This document shows positions 51,803 to 64,000 of a stretch of 64,000 nucleotides of DNA, piece after piece. The notes under the pieces are model-generated. The model searched no databases. It saw nothing but the letters and a program-made list of their open reading frames with translations, and was not told where the DNA came from. Origin of the DNA: Octopus vulgaris (lineage: Eukaryota); assembly GCA_951406725.2 (NCBI GenBank), contig OX597822.1:89032001-89096000 (forward strand), given 5' to 3'. The position numbers and the translations under genes were made by a program. Each line of letters opens with the position of its first letter. Position 1 is the stretch's first letter.

Positions 51803-54800
51803 ATTTATTTATTTATGCATTTATTTTTGTTATGCAATCCCCTTAAGATTATATGAATCAAACTAAGTGTCCCTGTAACCAATAATTGCTTTGATTGTAA
51901 GAAACGAAATTCAGAATACTTTCATTGTTCAGAAAGTGTTAATTCATATTCACTTACTTTGTTACTGGTTTTAACCGCATTCTGTTGTGAGCCATCTGGG
52001 GTACTTACAATAACAAGGTATAATTTACCTGGAATTTTGATTTATTCAAAGGGAATTAAATTTTCCTGTTAATATAGTGAAAATATGCCCTTAATTTTCT
52101 TTTATCCTTTTCCTTTTACCTTCAGTTGGCATGGTTTCTATATAAATTTGCTTCTCTTCAGCATGCGTTTTACAATTTTTTATTGTAACCCAAATGCATC
52201 TGATGCTTGCTATTGAATAGCTTCTTGTCAATTCTTTTTACATGGATTATTGTTCTGAAACAGTCAATTAAACCCCAAAATATTCTTCCTGTCTGATACA
52301 CCTTGTGGAATCTTATTGTAAAGCCATTTCTTGTAACCATAGTCAACCTCTTTATGCTATAGAGGTTGGCCCTCATAGAAAATTTGGTTCTTAAATTCAA
52401 GAAGGAAAGCATGAATATAACAGTAATGATGATGATCATAAAACATAACCTTCAATGATTGTTCTGTTCATGCTATTGGTTACTTTTAAAATTAATTTCA
52501 TTGTAGAAAACTCGCTAATATCATAATTAAGAATCAATATTATAACATATCAAGAACTACTTTCTCATTAAGATCAGATTCATATTATGAACTTGTTACT
52601 TTAATTTATTAGTTTTTCCTCCAAACATATACATGTTAAAGCATATAAATTTGTGTTGAATTTGTTTTCCATTCACTTGCAGTTATATTGTTCTTATCTC
52701 AAAGGCAACATCTAACCATAACCTAGATATTTATCTAAATTAGTGATAACAAGCAGGTCACTATTTGTTAGTTTTAGATTAGCCAAATCAGTACAGCACT
52801 AGCCTTGTGATATTTAGTTGCAGTGCTACTGCTGAAGTAAACTTTGCCCTTCTTCCTTCTGGAGTTATTAAGTAATTTATCGATGGAGTATAGGATTTGA
52901 TTTACTCAACTATACTTCTTGCCAAAATGCATGGCCTCATGCCAATGTTAAAAATGTATATTTTTTATATTAAAAAAAGTAAATTTAAAATATTTACTAA
53001 TTTATCTTTTGTTTAAGTTTGTGGGAATTTTTGAAATTGAATATAGGTATTTTGAAGAATTCATATCATTGCATGGTTGAATGAGTTTCTTTGAACACAG
53101 GAATTGATTTGGTAATATGACAGCTTAACAATGAAAATCTCAAGAGAAAGACATATTCACTGCTTGAGAAATTGTTGGCATATTTCTCCTGCAGCTGAGA
53201 GACAAGACTTTTGTCTTTGAAACCGGGTTAATAACTAGAAAATTATATGAAGGAAGAACCAAAATGACTAGATCATATTTAAGCTGAAATTCTAAAAGGA
53301 ATTTATTTCTACACCCTCTTTTATTGACTAATATAGCCAATATACCTAATATCTATACCACCTATACATCCAGCTATACTGTCATGTCCCTGTGATTCCT
53401 CTCAGTTTTTGTATTGCAGCCATTTATTTATTTATGCATTTATTTTTGTTATGCAATCCCCTTAAGATTATATGAATCAAACTAAGTGTCCCTGTAACCA
53501 ATAATTGCTTTGATTGTAAGAAACGAAATTCAGAATACTTTCATTGTTCAGAAAGTGTTAATTCATATTCACTTACTTTGTTACTGGTTTTAACCGCATT
53601 CTGTTGTGAGCCATCTGGGGTACTTACAATAACAAGGTATAATTTACCTGGAATTTTGATTTATTCAAAGGGAATTAAATTTTCCTGTTAATATAGTGAA
53701 AATATGCCCTTAATTTTCTTTTATCCTTTTCCTTTTACCTTCAGTTGGCATGGTTTCTATATAAATTTGCTTCTCTTCAGCATGCGTTTTACAATTTTTT
53801 ATTGTAACCCAAATGCATCTGATGCTTGCTATTGAATAGCTTCTTGTCAATTCTTTTTACATGGATTATTGTTCTGAAACAGTCAATTAAACCCCAAAAT
53901 ATTCTTCCTGTCTGATACACCTTGTGGAATCTTATTGTAAAGCCATTTCTTGTAACCATAGTCAACCTCTTTATGCTATAGAGGTTGGCCCTCATAGAAA
54001 ATTTGGTTCTTAAATTCAAGAAGGAAAGCATGAATATAACAGTAATGATGATGATCATAAAACATAACCTTCAATGATTGTTCTGTTCATGCTATTGGTT
54101 ACTTTTAAAATTAATTTCATTGTAGAAAACTCGCTAATATCATAATTAAGAATCAATATTATAACATATCAAGAACTACTTTCTCATTAAGATCAGATTC
54201 ATATTATGAACTTGTTACTTTAATTTATTAGTTTTTCCTCCAAACATATACATGTTAAAGTATATAAATTTGTGTTGAATTTGTTTTCCATTCACTTGCA
54301 GTTATATTGTTCTTATCTCAAAGGCAACATCTAACCATAACCTAGATATTTATCTAAATTAGTGATAACAAGCAGGTCACTATTTGTTAGTTTTAGATTA
54401 GCCAAATCAGTACAGCACTAGCCTTGTGATATTTAGTTGCAGTGCTACTGCTGAAGTAAACTTTGCCCTTCTTCCTTCTGGAGTTATTAAGTAATTTATC
54501 GATGGAGTATAGGATTTGATTTACTCAACTATACTTCTTGCCAAAATGCATGGCCTCATGCCAATGTTAAAAATGTATATTTTTTATATTAAAAAAAGTA
54601 AATTTAAAATATTTACTAATTTATCTTTTGTTTAAGTTTGTGGGAATTTTTGAAATTGAATATAGGTATTTTGAAGAATTCATATCATTGCATGGTTGAA
54701 TGAGTTTCTTTGAACACAGGAATTGATTTGGTAATATGACAGCTTAACAATGAAAATCTCAAGAGAAAGACATATTCACTGCTTGAGAAATTGTTGGCAT

Positions 54801-55040
54801 ATTTCTCCTGCAGCTGAGAGACAAGACTTTTGTCTTTGAAACCGGGTTAATAACTAGAAAATTATATGAAGGAAGAACCAAAATGACTAGATCATATTTA
54901 AGCTGAAATTCTAAAAGGAATTTATTTCTACACCCTCTTTTATTGACTAATATAGCCAATATACCTAATATCTATACCACCTATACATCCAGCTATACTG
55001 TCATGTCCCTGTGATTCCTCTCAGTTTTTGTAGTGCAGCC
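51803..55040. repeat. Near-perfect 1619-bp tandem duplication (51803-53421 and 53422-55040)
   Basis: Identical ORF pairs offset by 1619 (52170/53789 and 53140/54759); only two differences noticed by eye. Confidence 0.97.
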
Positions 55041-55845
55041 ATAGTTAATATTTAATCAAATTTTAGTTCTAAATAATATTTTAATTTTACTGTTTTATGT
55101 GATGACAACCAGTGGTAGTGTATTGTGTTGTTTGATTGGTATTTGTGTTTCTTTTAGAGTCATGACCAGACTTGATTAAGCAGTCTTCTAATCTGAACCT
55201 TTCCTGTTGTGACCATCCTGGGGTTTTTTTTAAAGACATTATAGCATGGCTTTGTGGGTATCAAGTTGCTTCATAAGCATAGGAGTTCAGGTTCTAGCCC
55301 ACTATGTGGCACTTTGAGCAGGTGTCTGCTATGGCCCTGGGCCAACCACTGCCTTCTAAGTGGAAACTGTAGGAAGCATGTGTGTGTGTGTATTTATATG
55401 TATATAATAAAAACAGTCATCAGTAAGGGAATACTAATCTGGGCAAAATACTTTATGAGCTCTCTGTCCATACACCAAGCTAACAATATTGTTTAGATTA
55501 GTAAAGAACTCTGCGTAGTCTTGTGGTAGAGTCTGAGGTTATAGCTTACTACCATTCTATATTGTAAATCTGTGGTTGTTCTCCAGTTATACTGGCTTTT
55601 ACACAGTGATATACAAGCCAAGGTATAAAATATGATCAGGACAAGGTATAAATAATGGTAATTAAAGAAAGGCGTCATAAAAACATCACTGTTTGTAATT
55701 GGGTTATCACTCATGAAAATATTTATACCTTTTCTTGTATATGTATGTATGCATATGTGCATGCATGCATATGTATGTATGTATATGTATTTATATGTAT
55801 GTGTGTATGTATGTATATATGTATATATATATATGTATGTATGCG

Positions 55846-55895
<50 letters not shown>

Positions 55896-56324
55896 CATAG
55901 TGAGAGATAGAGAGTATAAAAATGATAGATTATCCTGGTGGATACCATATTATCTCACAAATTGATAGAGATGCTGGCTATCCACCACGATGCTCCAGTT
56001 ACATAGCACTCAAGTTTAATAGAGATACTGATACTGGTAAGCTTCACTTGTTGAGTGGTTCTGTGTTCCTATTCAGTACTGCAAATACTTCATAGAGTAT
56101 ATAATTGATAATGAAGAGGAGAATGGTATTCAGGATGCTTGTTTGAACCAGTTCACTTTGAAAACATCATAAGTGATGGATCCTTGATGAAATTGCAGTG
56201 ACTAGTATGCATAATTGCATACAGAGTAATATGCAGTCCTGCAGTTAAAACATTTGTAGGTCAGTATTGTATATGCTGTAATATCTGGCAGTGTAGGTTA
56301 TGGTCTAGTCACCCATATAGTTAA

Positions 56325-57135
56325 CCAGGTGGTACATGAAGGAGTCATACCCAATGACTGGTGTAGCAGCACCATAGTCAACTGCTAGAAGGGTAAAGAT
56401 GACACCTTAGAAATAATTACAGATGTATCAAATTGTTGGATCAGGTGATAGAAGTTACAGAGAGGGTCATAGCCCAACTAATTAGGGAGAGAGTTAGTTT
56501 AGATGAGATACAGTTTTGTTTTGTGCCAGGGAGAAACACTGCTGATCCTATATTTCTGGTTAGACAGTTGCAGGAGAAATACCTAGCCAAAGCTAAACCT
56601 CTGCACTTGGGCTTTGTTGACAAGATTCTCTGATCCCTTATCTGGTGGTCAATGAGGAAACTAGGGGTAGACAAGTGGTTGGTGAGAGCTGTACAAGCCA
56701 TATACAGGAATGCTGTCAGTAAGGTGAGGGTTGACAGTGAATATAATGAAGAATTCATGGTACAAGTAGAGGTTCATCAAGGATCAGTCCTCAGCCCCTT
56801 CTTGTTCATTACAGTCCTCCAGGCAATAACAGAGGAATTCAAGACAGGCTGCCCCTGGGAGCCCATCTTTGCTGATGACCTTGTTATTATAGCTGAATCA
56901 CTACCAGAACTAAAGAAGTTTCAGGTGTGGAAGCAAGGTCTAGAATTGAAGGGCCTTAGAGTCAACCTAGCAAAAACCAATGTCTTAGTAAGTAGGAAAG
57001 TAGACAAATTACAAATCCCTTCAGGTAGACAGCCCTGCTCAATCTGTAGAAAAGGCATAGGCAGAAACTCCATAAGCTGTACCCGGTGTAAGCTTTGGAC
57101 ACATAAGCAGTGCAGCAACATCAGAGGAAAGTTAA
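56325..57135 (+). mobile_element. RTE-clade LINE RT fragment with downstream Cys-rich motif
   Basis: QFCFVPGRNTADPIFLVRQLQEKY, VHQGSVLSPFLF, FADDL and CSIC..CTRC..H..C. Confidence 0.9.
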
Positions 57136-57674
57136 TAGGGAGTATTCACCAAAAAAGCTAATGGTGTCTGTTTGGTGGTCCAGCACTGGTGTCATCCACT
57201 ACAGCCTCATGAGACCTGGTATGTCAATTACAGTGGATGTATATATCAATCAGTTGGATGAAATAATGAGTGGACTTGCAATTAAACAATTGAGATTGGT
57301 CAATAGAGATATGTCAATTCTCTTGCAAGACAATGCTCGACCACATGTTGCACAAAGAACGCTACTCAAGCTGCAAGAACTGAACTTGGAAGTACTCTGT
57401 CATCCTCCATATTCACCAGACCTTGCAATAATTGACTATCACATTTTCCAGGCATTGGACAACTTTTAGAAGATGCAAAAGCAGCCTTTCGTGATCTCAT
57501 CACCTCTTGCTCTCCAGAATTCTTCGCTGCTGGCATAAATAAGCTACCGATAAAATGGCAAGATTGTGTTGATAATTTAGGTGCATTTTTTGATTAACTG
57601 CATTGCTTTTTGTTGAGATAAAGTAAAATTAACTTTCAGTTCAAAATCGGACATTTCATTCTTAATGGCCTGAT
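57136..57674 (+). mobile_element. 3' half of a mariner (DD34D)
   Basis: KLMVSVWW, LLQDNARPH and HPPYSPDLAIIDYHIF in ORF 57110..57469. Confidence 0.9.
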
Positions 57675-57906
57675 ATATCATTGCTATTATGTTAAACTGT
57701 CGAATGTTCAAATTTTGCCAAATGCATTTTTTTTCAATATTTATTTTTGCTTGTAGTAGCTGGTTCTTTTATCTCCAGCTGCTTCAGATGCCAAGATATC
57801 AAAAATTGTCAAAGTGTAATATAACAGTTTTGCTATATAATGGTTAAACTTTTATCATTTTCCGAAAAAGCAACATTTGTTGCTATTATGCACTTTTGCA
57901 TAATAG

Positions 57907-57959
<53 letters not shown>

Positions 57960-58310
57960 ATATATATATATTGCAAATTGTGATGAGGTAGTGGAAGAGT
58001 TCATCTGAGCCAACAGTGCTTCTTACATTATGCTGAGCAGACAACTACTAGATCAGCAGTGTGGAGATCTGTATGAAGAGAATAAGTGCAACACATCCAT
58101 AGGGGTGACATCCGAGTTTGTGTAATCAGCTAATGAAAGATTCACTATGACTTGAGCTCCCAGTTCAAATTCATAATAATAGAATTAGAAGGCATCAGAG
58201 AGCCATGGAAATCGATGAAAGCAGAAAAAGAGAAAATATGTGTGTAAAGAAATGTGTGTGTGTGTGTGTACGTACATATATATATATGTATATGTATATG
58301 TATCTATGTA

Positions 58311-59359
58311 CAGGGTGCATAAAGTATTTGAGGACATAACTTTTTTTGGTCATTGCTGCATTTTTTTCTAATTCTTTATCATCTTTATTTCAGAAAATAA
58401 TTATGGCAGACCTTTAGTTTACTAAAGAAATGAAGAAGCATGATGTTATTGTGGTTATAGAGGCTGGGCATAGCAATTTAGAAATATCTTGATTTTTAAA
58501 AGTTGCTAGATCTTTTGTCTACATAGTTTGTAAGGAGTTAGAGACTGAAGATGGAAACGTATCACCAGTATCAAAGCACAGAGAGCATTCTAAACACTCT
58601 GAGATCATCAGAATACCTGAATTTATCCAGCAAGTTCAACAGACCATTGATTACAATTCCAGAAAGTCCATGAGGTCAATTACAAAAGATCTCCATGTGT
58701 CAGAAGGAACAGTCAGAAATGTTGTCCACAAAGACATCATATATAGGTCTTATATGATAAGGAAAGGTCAATTTATGTCAGAAAAAACAAAAGAAAATCA
58801 CTTCATCAGATCTCAAAGGCTCTTAAACAAACTGAAAAATCCAGCAGAAGATTTGATTTGTTTTTTTCTCAAACGAGAAAAACTTTGACAAAGATCAACA
58901 AGTGTATGCAATGGCAGGCCATATATGTTTCAGTGAGACTCTGCACTATCACACATGGCTCTAGTAACACAAGAATGGATGGCTGAAAATTTTCATGATC
59001 TCATAGCCCCTAACATTTAGCCTCCTAATTCCCCAGATTCCAATCCATTGGACTATTACATGTGGAGCATTGTTGAGAGAGAGGCCAATGAACATGCCCG
59101 TAACACCAAAAATTCTTTGAAAGCTGCCATAGTCAGATTAATGTCCAAAATGAACCAGGACCATTTGATTTGAGCATGTAGATACTTTAGATATCATATA
59201 GAAGCAGTTGTTGAAGCTGAAGGTGACTATTGAATAATATTATAGAAAAGAAGGTTTATTTTTATCCTCATAGCATATTTTAATAAATAAAGTTATTATC
59301 TGTTATTTTATATATTTTTTTTTATAAACATAAATCTGTCCTCAAATATCTTATGCACC

Positions 59360-59362
<3 letters not shown>
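58311..59362 (+). mobile_element. maT-type (DD37D) Tc1/mariner element, internally deleted
   Basis: TA|cagggtgcataa..tatttgaggaca / tgtcctcaaatat..ttatgcaccctg|TA; FQ*DSALSH..PPNSPDSNPLDYYMW has 37 residues between the Asp codons. Confidence 0.9.
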
Positions 59363-59411
<49 letters not shown>

Positions 59412-60953
59412 GTTTGTATATATGTATGTGTATTCCTATTGTTTGTGCATGATTGTCATATTTATATTCCCTGTTGACAGTTCATCCTGTCACTGTGTAC
59501 TTTCAAAGACAAGCAAAACAAAAGATCCCCTACTTAAAAAATGAGTAACGCTTGATGACAGGAAACATCCAGCTGCAAGATTTGCCTCAAATAATTTACC
59601 ATTCAGCCTATACTAGCTTGAACAAACAGATGTAAAGGAATGAACAAGTGTATCTGGGGACTGTATTATCCAATATGTGTTACCTTTTTCCTAAGCTGAT
59701 AAGGTACCTCTTGGTGGAGGTTTCTAGCAAGTCAAGTGACCGCATAAAAGCCATCTTATTGGCTCACATTGGTACTTGCGTTACAGCTTGATAAATTGTT
59801 GTACAAATACAACTGAAGTGCATGCTGAAAATAAAACTAGAAAGTTCTAAGTAACATAGAAGTGGAGTAAACTTAACCATTGGTTGCCATTTCATTGCAG
59901 ATCATCTCAATATATAACTTGTATGCTTTCTAGGTTCATTTGAAAAGTAACTGCCCTTTAATTACCATGATCTATTCATAATTCATATTATATAGTAGAA
60001 TTGTCATCTAAACATTAATTTTTGCTGCATTTCTATTTAAGGCCATTATTGGTCAGAATTGACTGCATATCTGCTGCTGGGAAGATCCTCTCCATGCCAT
60101 TGATGTTTTCCAAGGAAAGGCAAAGGTTGATATAGCTTGGTATCTGTGTTTTCCTAGTGAACTCAGAACATAAGGAGCTGGAGCAAATACTACAAGATCT
60201 TGTCTGACAATTTTATACACAAGCTCAAATATATACCAAAACCTGATTATACCCTTATTTACTTAGACTCAAACTAAATCCAATCATTTATGGTTATTTA
60301 ATTTGTCAGTCACTTGCTACTCCTTGCATTACTAAGTAAAACAATTATTAGTGTTTAAATAAGAAATATAAACGAATGTATACGTTCTTTTCTCTCATTT
60401 CCTTTGGAAATTCAAACAACCCTCATGTTCCTTTATAAGTTTCTATTTACAGAAATATTACAGGTAAGTATATCTGCACTGTGCAATTAAGAAAGTTTTT
60501 CATAACACTTAGAAAAAAAAGTTCAACATATGTTATTATTTCTACAAATTGATTCCTTATTTGTCATGCATGATTGCACACAAATATTTAGAGCTGAAAG
60601 CCAAGATAGGAAAAGTAGCATGTTGTTGTATGTAGCAGTTTTTTTTTTTAGTTTTAATTGTTGTATTTTGATGTTGTCAGTGTTGAGGATATCTGCCTAT
60701 AATTGCATCCATTATTAACATAAAAATTAACTATTATTCTGCCAGAAATTCTTTCTCTTTTTCTTTCATTAACTTCTTCATTTATTCATAAATAAAACTG
60801 AAGCAAATTAACAGTAACAATTTGTAAATTATAAGCTATCTGATTGCCTTCAACTTAAAAAAAAAAAAATTATCACATGAAAAAATATGCTTTACATATT
60901 GGCTATTTAAATGTTGTTTCTATGTATTTATGTATTCATTTGCCAATTTTCAG

Positions 60954-61074
60954 GACTTCGATTTTGCTGATACTCTGATTCATCAAGCTATCCATACCAT
61001 TGAATATTCTTTAAGTTGTATTTCAAATACAGCTTCCTATCTTCGACTCTGGGCACTGAGTTTAGCTCATGCAC
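60954..61074 (+). CDS. ATP6V0A1: V-ATPase a exon, 121 nt: [40 protein letters not shown]; contains the essential Arg
   Basis: ttcag|GAC ... C|gtaagt; [17 protein letters not shown] signature. Confidence 0.98.
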
Positions 61075-62608
61075 GTAAGTGTTAATTTTTGTTTCTTACA
61101 TTTTACTGATATAACTGATATATTTCTGTCTGTTGTTTCATTGGGTAGACATTAGTTTTAATGGATAATTCACACTAAACCTATGGACAGAAACCCTGAG
61201 AGTATTTTTGTGTAGAGCAAGTATGTGTTTAAAATGTCACTATATTTCTGTTCAGTGTTTCCTTAAATATAATGTACAGTTTACATTAGATCCTTGAAAA
61301 GAGACCTAGAGAGGGTCATTTTATAGAGCAATTCAAGGAAAGTGTTTTATAACCTCAGTCCCTCTGGTCATAGACAACACATAATTAAAGTCAAAATATC
61401 TTCAAATGCTTAGACCACCCTGGTTACTTAACTGGTTATTTATAAAATTCTACTAAAACCCTCATTGAAATACTGTTGTACTTCCACACATCCTAAATAA
61501 CATTTTTTTAAATCCCCCAATACAGCTGTTTGACTGATTGGTAATGGATCAGTCATGAACAAGAATTAATCACTAACACAGTTATCCCTTTCTTTGTCTA
61601 TTTATCACAACAACAATTGCCTCTGCTCTTAACTACCTGCATACCCTCTTCATCTGTTTCATCTTGTAGTGACCTACACCAAATGCCTTACCTAATCCTT
61701 ACACCTCACAATTGTAATCCTCCAGGTTCAAATATTTTTCTTCTGAAAATGACTTATAGATTTTCAAGCTGAATATATTAATCTCATTAGCCTGGCAGGC
61801 TCTCCTATGGTCACTTATAATAAATATTAATATAATATTTATCACTGTTATCTAGATTAGATAAATGTGATGATAATATATATGGGTGATGGCTGCACAT
61901 ACATTTAACCAATGTACCTTTTTATGTATTGTTGAAACAAAATAAAAAATTTTATTTTAATTTATTTTTTCTATTTTAGAGTCTGTCATTATCATACTTC
62001 CTCTTTCTCACTAAATGGTTGCACATGTTGATGATTGTTCCACCCCTTATCCTAACAGTACAAGTGAAACCGCTATTAGTCTCTTAGCCCTACTTAGTTC
62101 CATTCATGAATACAATAATACCCCACTTGGTAGCAAAATTCACACCACCTATTACTATGATACTAAACTGAGGCAATCAATGTAAGGCTTCCCTCCTCCC
62201 TTAACAGACATAATACTATGCCTTTTACCTGCTCCAGCCTCTGTTGGAGTATACTATTATCTATTTTTCCTGTGATAAATTATGTATAAAAATTCTTTTA
62301 GTTTAAGTGATAATAAAAATACTTGTTTTAGAGAACAGTAACTCTGAATATAAACTCAATAGTAATTAGAAGGATGAAGTGTCTAGTCCAGCTCACATGA
62401 TACCATCTTTGCTGCTGGTGCCATGGTAAAATGCATGCAGTGTACACTATAAGACATACACAACACCACAGTTAGTTTTTTTTCCTCTATTGCTGTGTGT
62501 GCCAAAGGACATGAAGTGAGATGGCTCATCTAGCCTTTGTTAGCATTGAAAAATAGACATAAAAATAATGGTTTTGTTGTTTAATTATTCATTATTTTTT
62601 AATTTTAG

Positions 62609-62780
62609 AGTTGTCTGAAGTATTATGGACGATGGTGATGAGAAAAGCTTTAAACCAGTCAGGTTATGGTGGAGTTATTATGACGTTTATGATATTTCCA
62701 TTATGGGCAGTTCTCACAGTAACAGTTTTATTGGTGATGGAAGGGTTATCAGCCTTCCTTCATGCTCTTCGATTACATTG
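62609..62780 (+). CDS. ATP6V0A1: V-ATPase a exon, 172 nt: [58 protein letters not shown]
   Basis: tttag|AG ... TG|gtaagg; QLSEVLW and [15 protein letters not shown] signatures. Confidence 0.98.
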
Positions 62781-63143
62781 GTAAGGCAAATATATATTAT
62801 ATTTTTCCATAATTTCTATTTCAGTAAGTTTCTAATAAGATAAATATATAAATTTAATGAATTCATTAACTTTGCAATTGTTTTTCATTTGAAACTGCTT
62901 AGTCTCCAAGCCACTAACCACACCCTTTATAAAACAATAGTTTATATAGAGAAAGTCCTTATTAAGAGGTTTGCTATAACCTCAGTCAAATGTGGCTAGA
63001 TTTCCTACGAATTCAGCATTATAAAGTGGTGACAATGTTACATGTAGTGTTTAAGATGAAAGCAGAATCAAAATAATATCTGATTTTTTATTATATTGTT
63101 GCTTGTATGCATGTTTACACACACACACACACACATATACATA

Positions 63144-63554
63144 TAGGGGTTGGACAAAATAATGAAAATACCTTAAAATTTCAAACAAATTTATTTTAAT
63201 ATGGGTAGGACCACCTTTGGCAGTAATTACAGCTTGAATTCTATGAGGTATGGATTTGTACAAAGTTTGAATTGTTTCCAAACGAATTTTTGTCCATTCT
63301 TCAGCTAAAACAGTCTCCAGTTCTTGTAGTGATGATGGGGGAGGATATTGACTCCTTACTTATTTTTCTAAAATGCACCATAAATGTTCAATAATATTGA
63401 AATCTGGGGACTGTGGTGGCCAGATAAGATGTTCAGCTTCACTGTTCCTCATGCCATTCAGTAACAACTTTAGCTGTGTGAATTGGTGCATTATCATCTT
63501 GAGATATTTCAAAATTATGATGCTAGGTGTTTCCATTATTTTGCCTAATCACTG
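63144..63554 (-). mobile_element. Internally deleted copy of the DD36E Tc1-like element at 1172-2415
   Basis: Same TIRs and near-identical 3' sequence; about 830 bp of the interior missing. Confidence 0.9.
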
Positions 63555-63679
63555 TGTGTGTGTATATATATACACACGCACACATTTATGTTCATCATAT
63601 TTTGTCTTATTGTTTTTGACTTTACACTTATGTGTGCGCATTTGTATCTATATTTGTTTATTTTTTATTTTATTTTCAG

Positions 63680-63773
63680 GGTTGAATTCCAGAACAAATT
63701 TTATCAAGGCTCTGGATATCTGTTTCAGCCATTCTCTTTTGAACACATTTTGGATTATGGAGGTGATGAATGA
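63680..63773 (+). CDS. ATP6V0A1: V-ATPase a last coding exon: [30 protein letters not shown]
   Basis: ttcag|G; [12 protein letters not shown] and PFSF motifs; TGA at 63771-63773; 3' UTR runs to the window end. Confidence 0.97.
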
Positions 63774-64000
63774 GCTATTACTGTTGTAGTGCTGGGCCTT
63801 GTATCATCGTCACAGATCCAGTAGTTGATATGCTGCTACTAAAATTAGTAACATACCCTCATGAATTGTTGTTGTTGTTGCCATTGTTGTTATTCTTTCT
63901 CTTTTTTGGTTACAGTCATACTTTCACTGCTGCATTTAAACAGTCACAGTAAAAAAATACTGATCTGATGTTTTCCCCTTAGATATTTATTCGATTAACA

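Noticed and set aside
52126-52188. Strong acceptor ttttaccttcag inside the duplication (also at 53745)
   Set aside because: The phase-0 frame reaches a stop after 20 codons and no frame-preserving donor was found

Overview
AT-rich, repeat-dense animal genomic DNA. The repeat content (tRNA-derived SINEs with internal TA/TG microsatellites, RTE and CR1-like LINE fragments, Penelope fragments, very long (TA)n tracts) points to an octopus or other coleoid cephalopod; this is inferred, not searched. Most of the window is one + strand gene for the V-type H+-ATPase V0 subunit a (ATP6V0A1/Vha100-like). I assembled 15 core exons by hand from 10891 to the TGA at 63771-63773; all have GT-AG boundaries and consistent phases. 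The 5' exons were not found and presumably lie upstream. The ~27.8 kb interval encoding the variable cytosolic loop (33193-60953) holds at least three symmetric phase-0 candidate cassette exons (204, 123 and 45 nt), a possible 24/11-nt microexon and a near-perfect 1619-bp tandem duplication. The introns contain decayed Tc1/mariner elements (DD36E, DD34D, DD37D), MITEs (hAT, piggyBac-like, pogo-like), Helitron 3' ends, antisense hammerhead-ribozyme-like motifs and a SINE-LINE junction with a shared 3' tail. Nearly all long ORFs in the supplied track are microsatellite artefacts.
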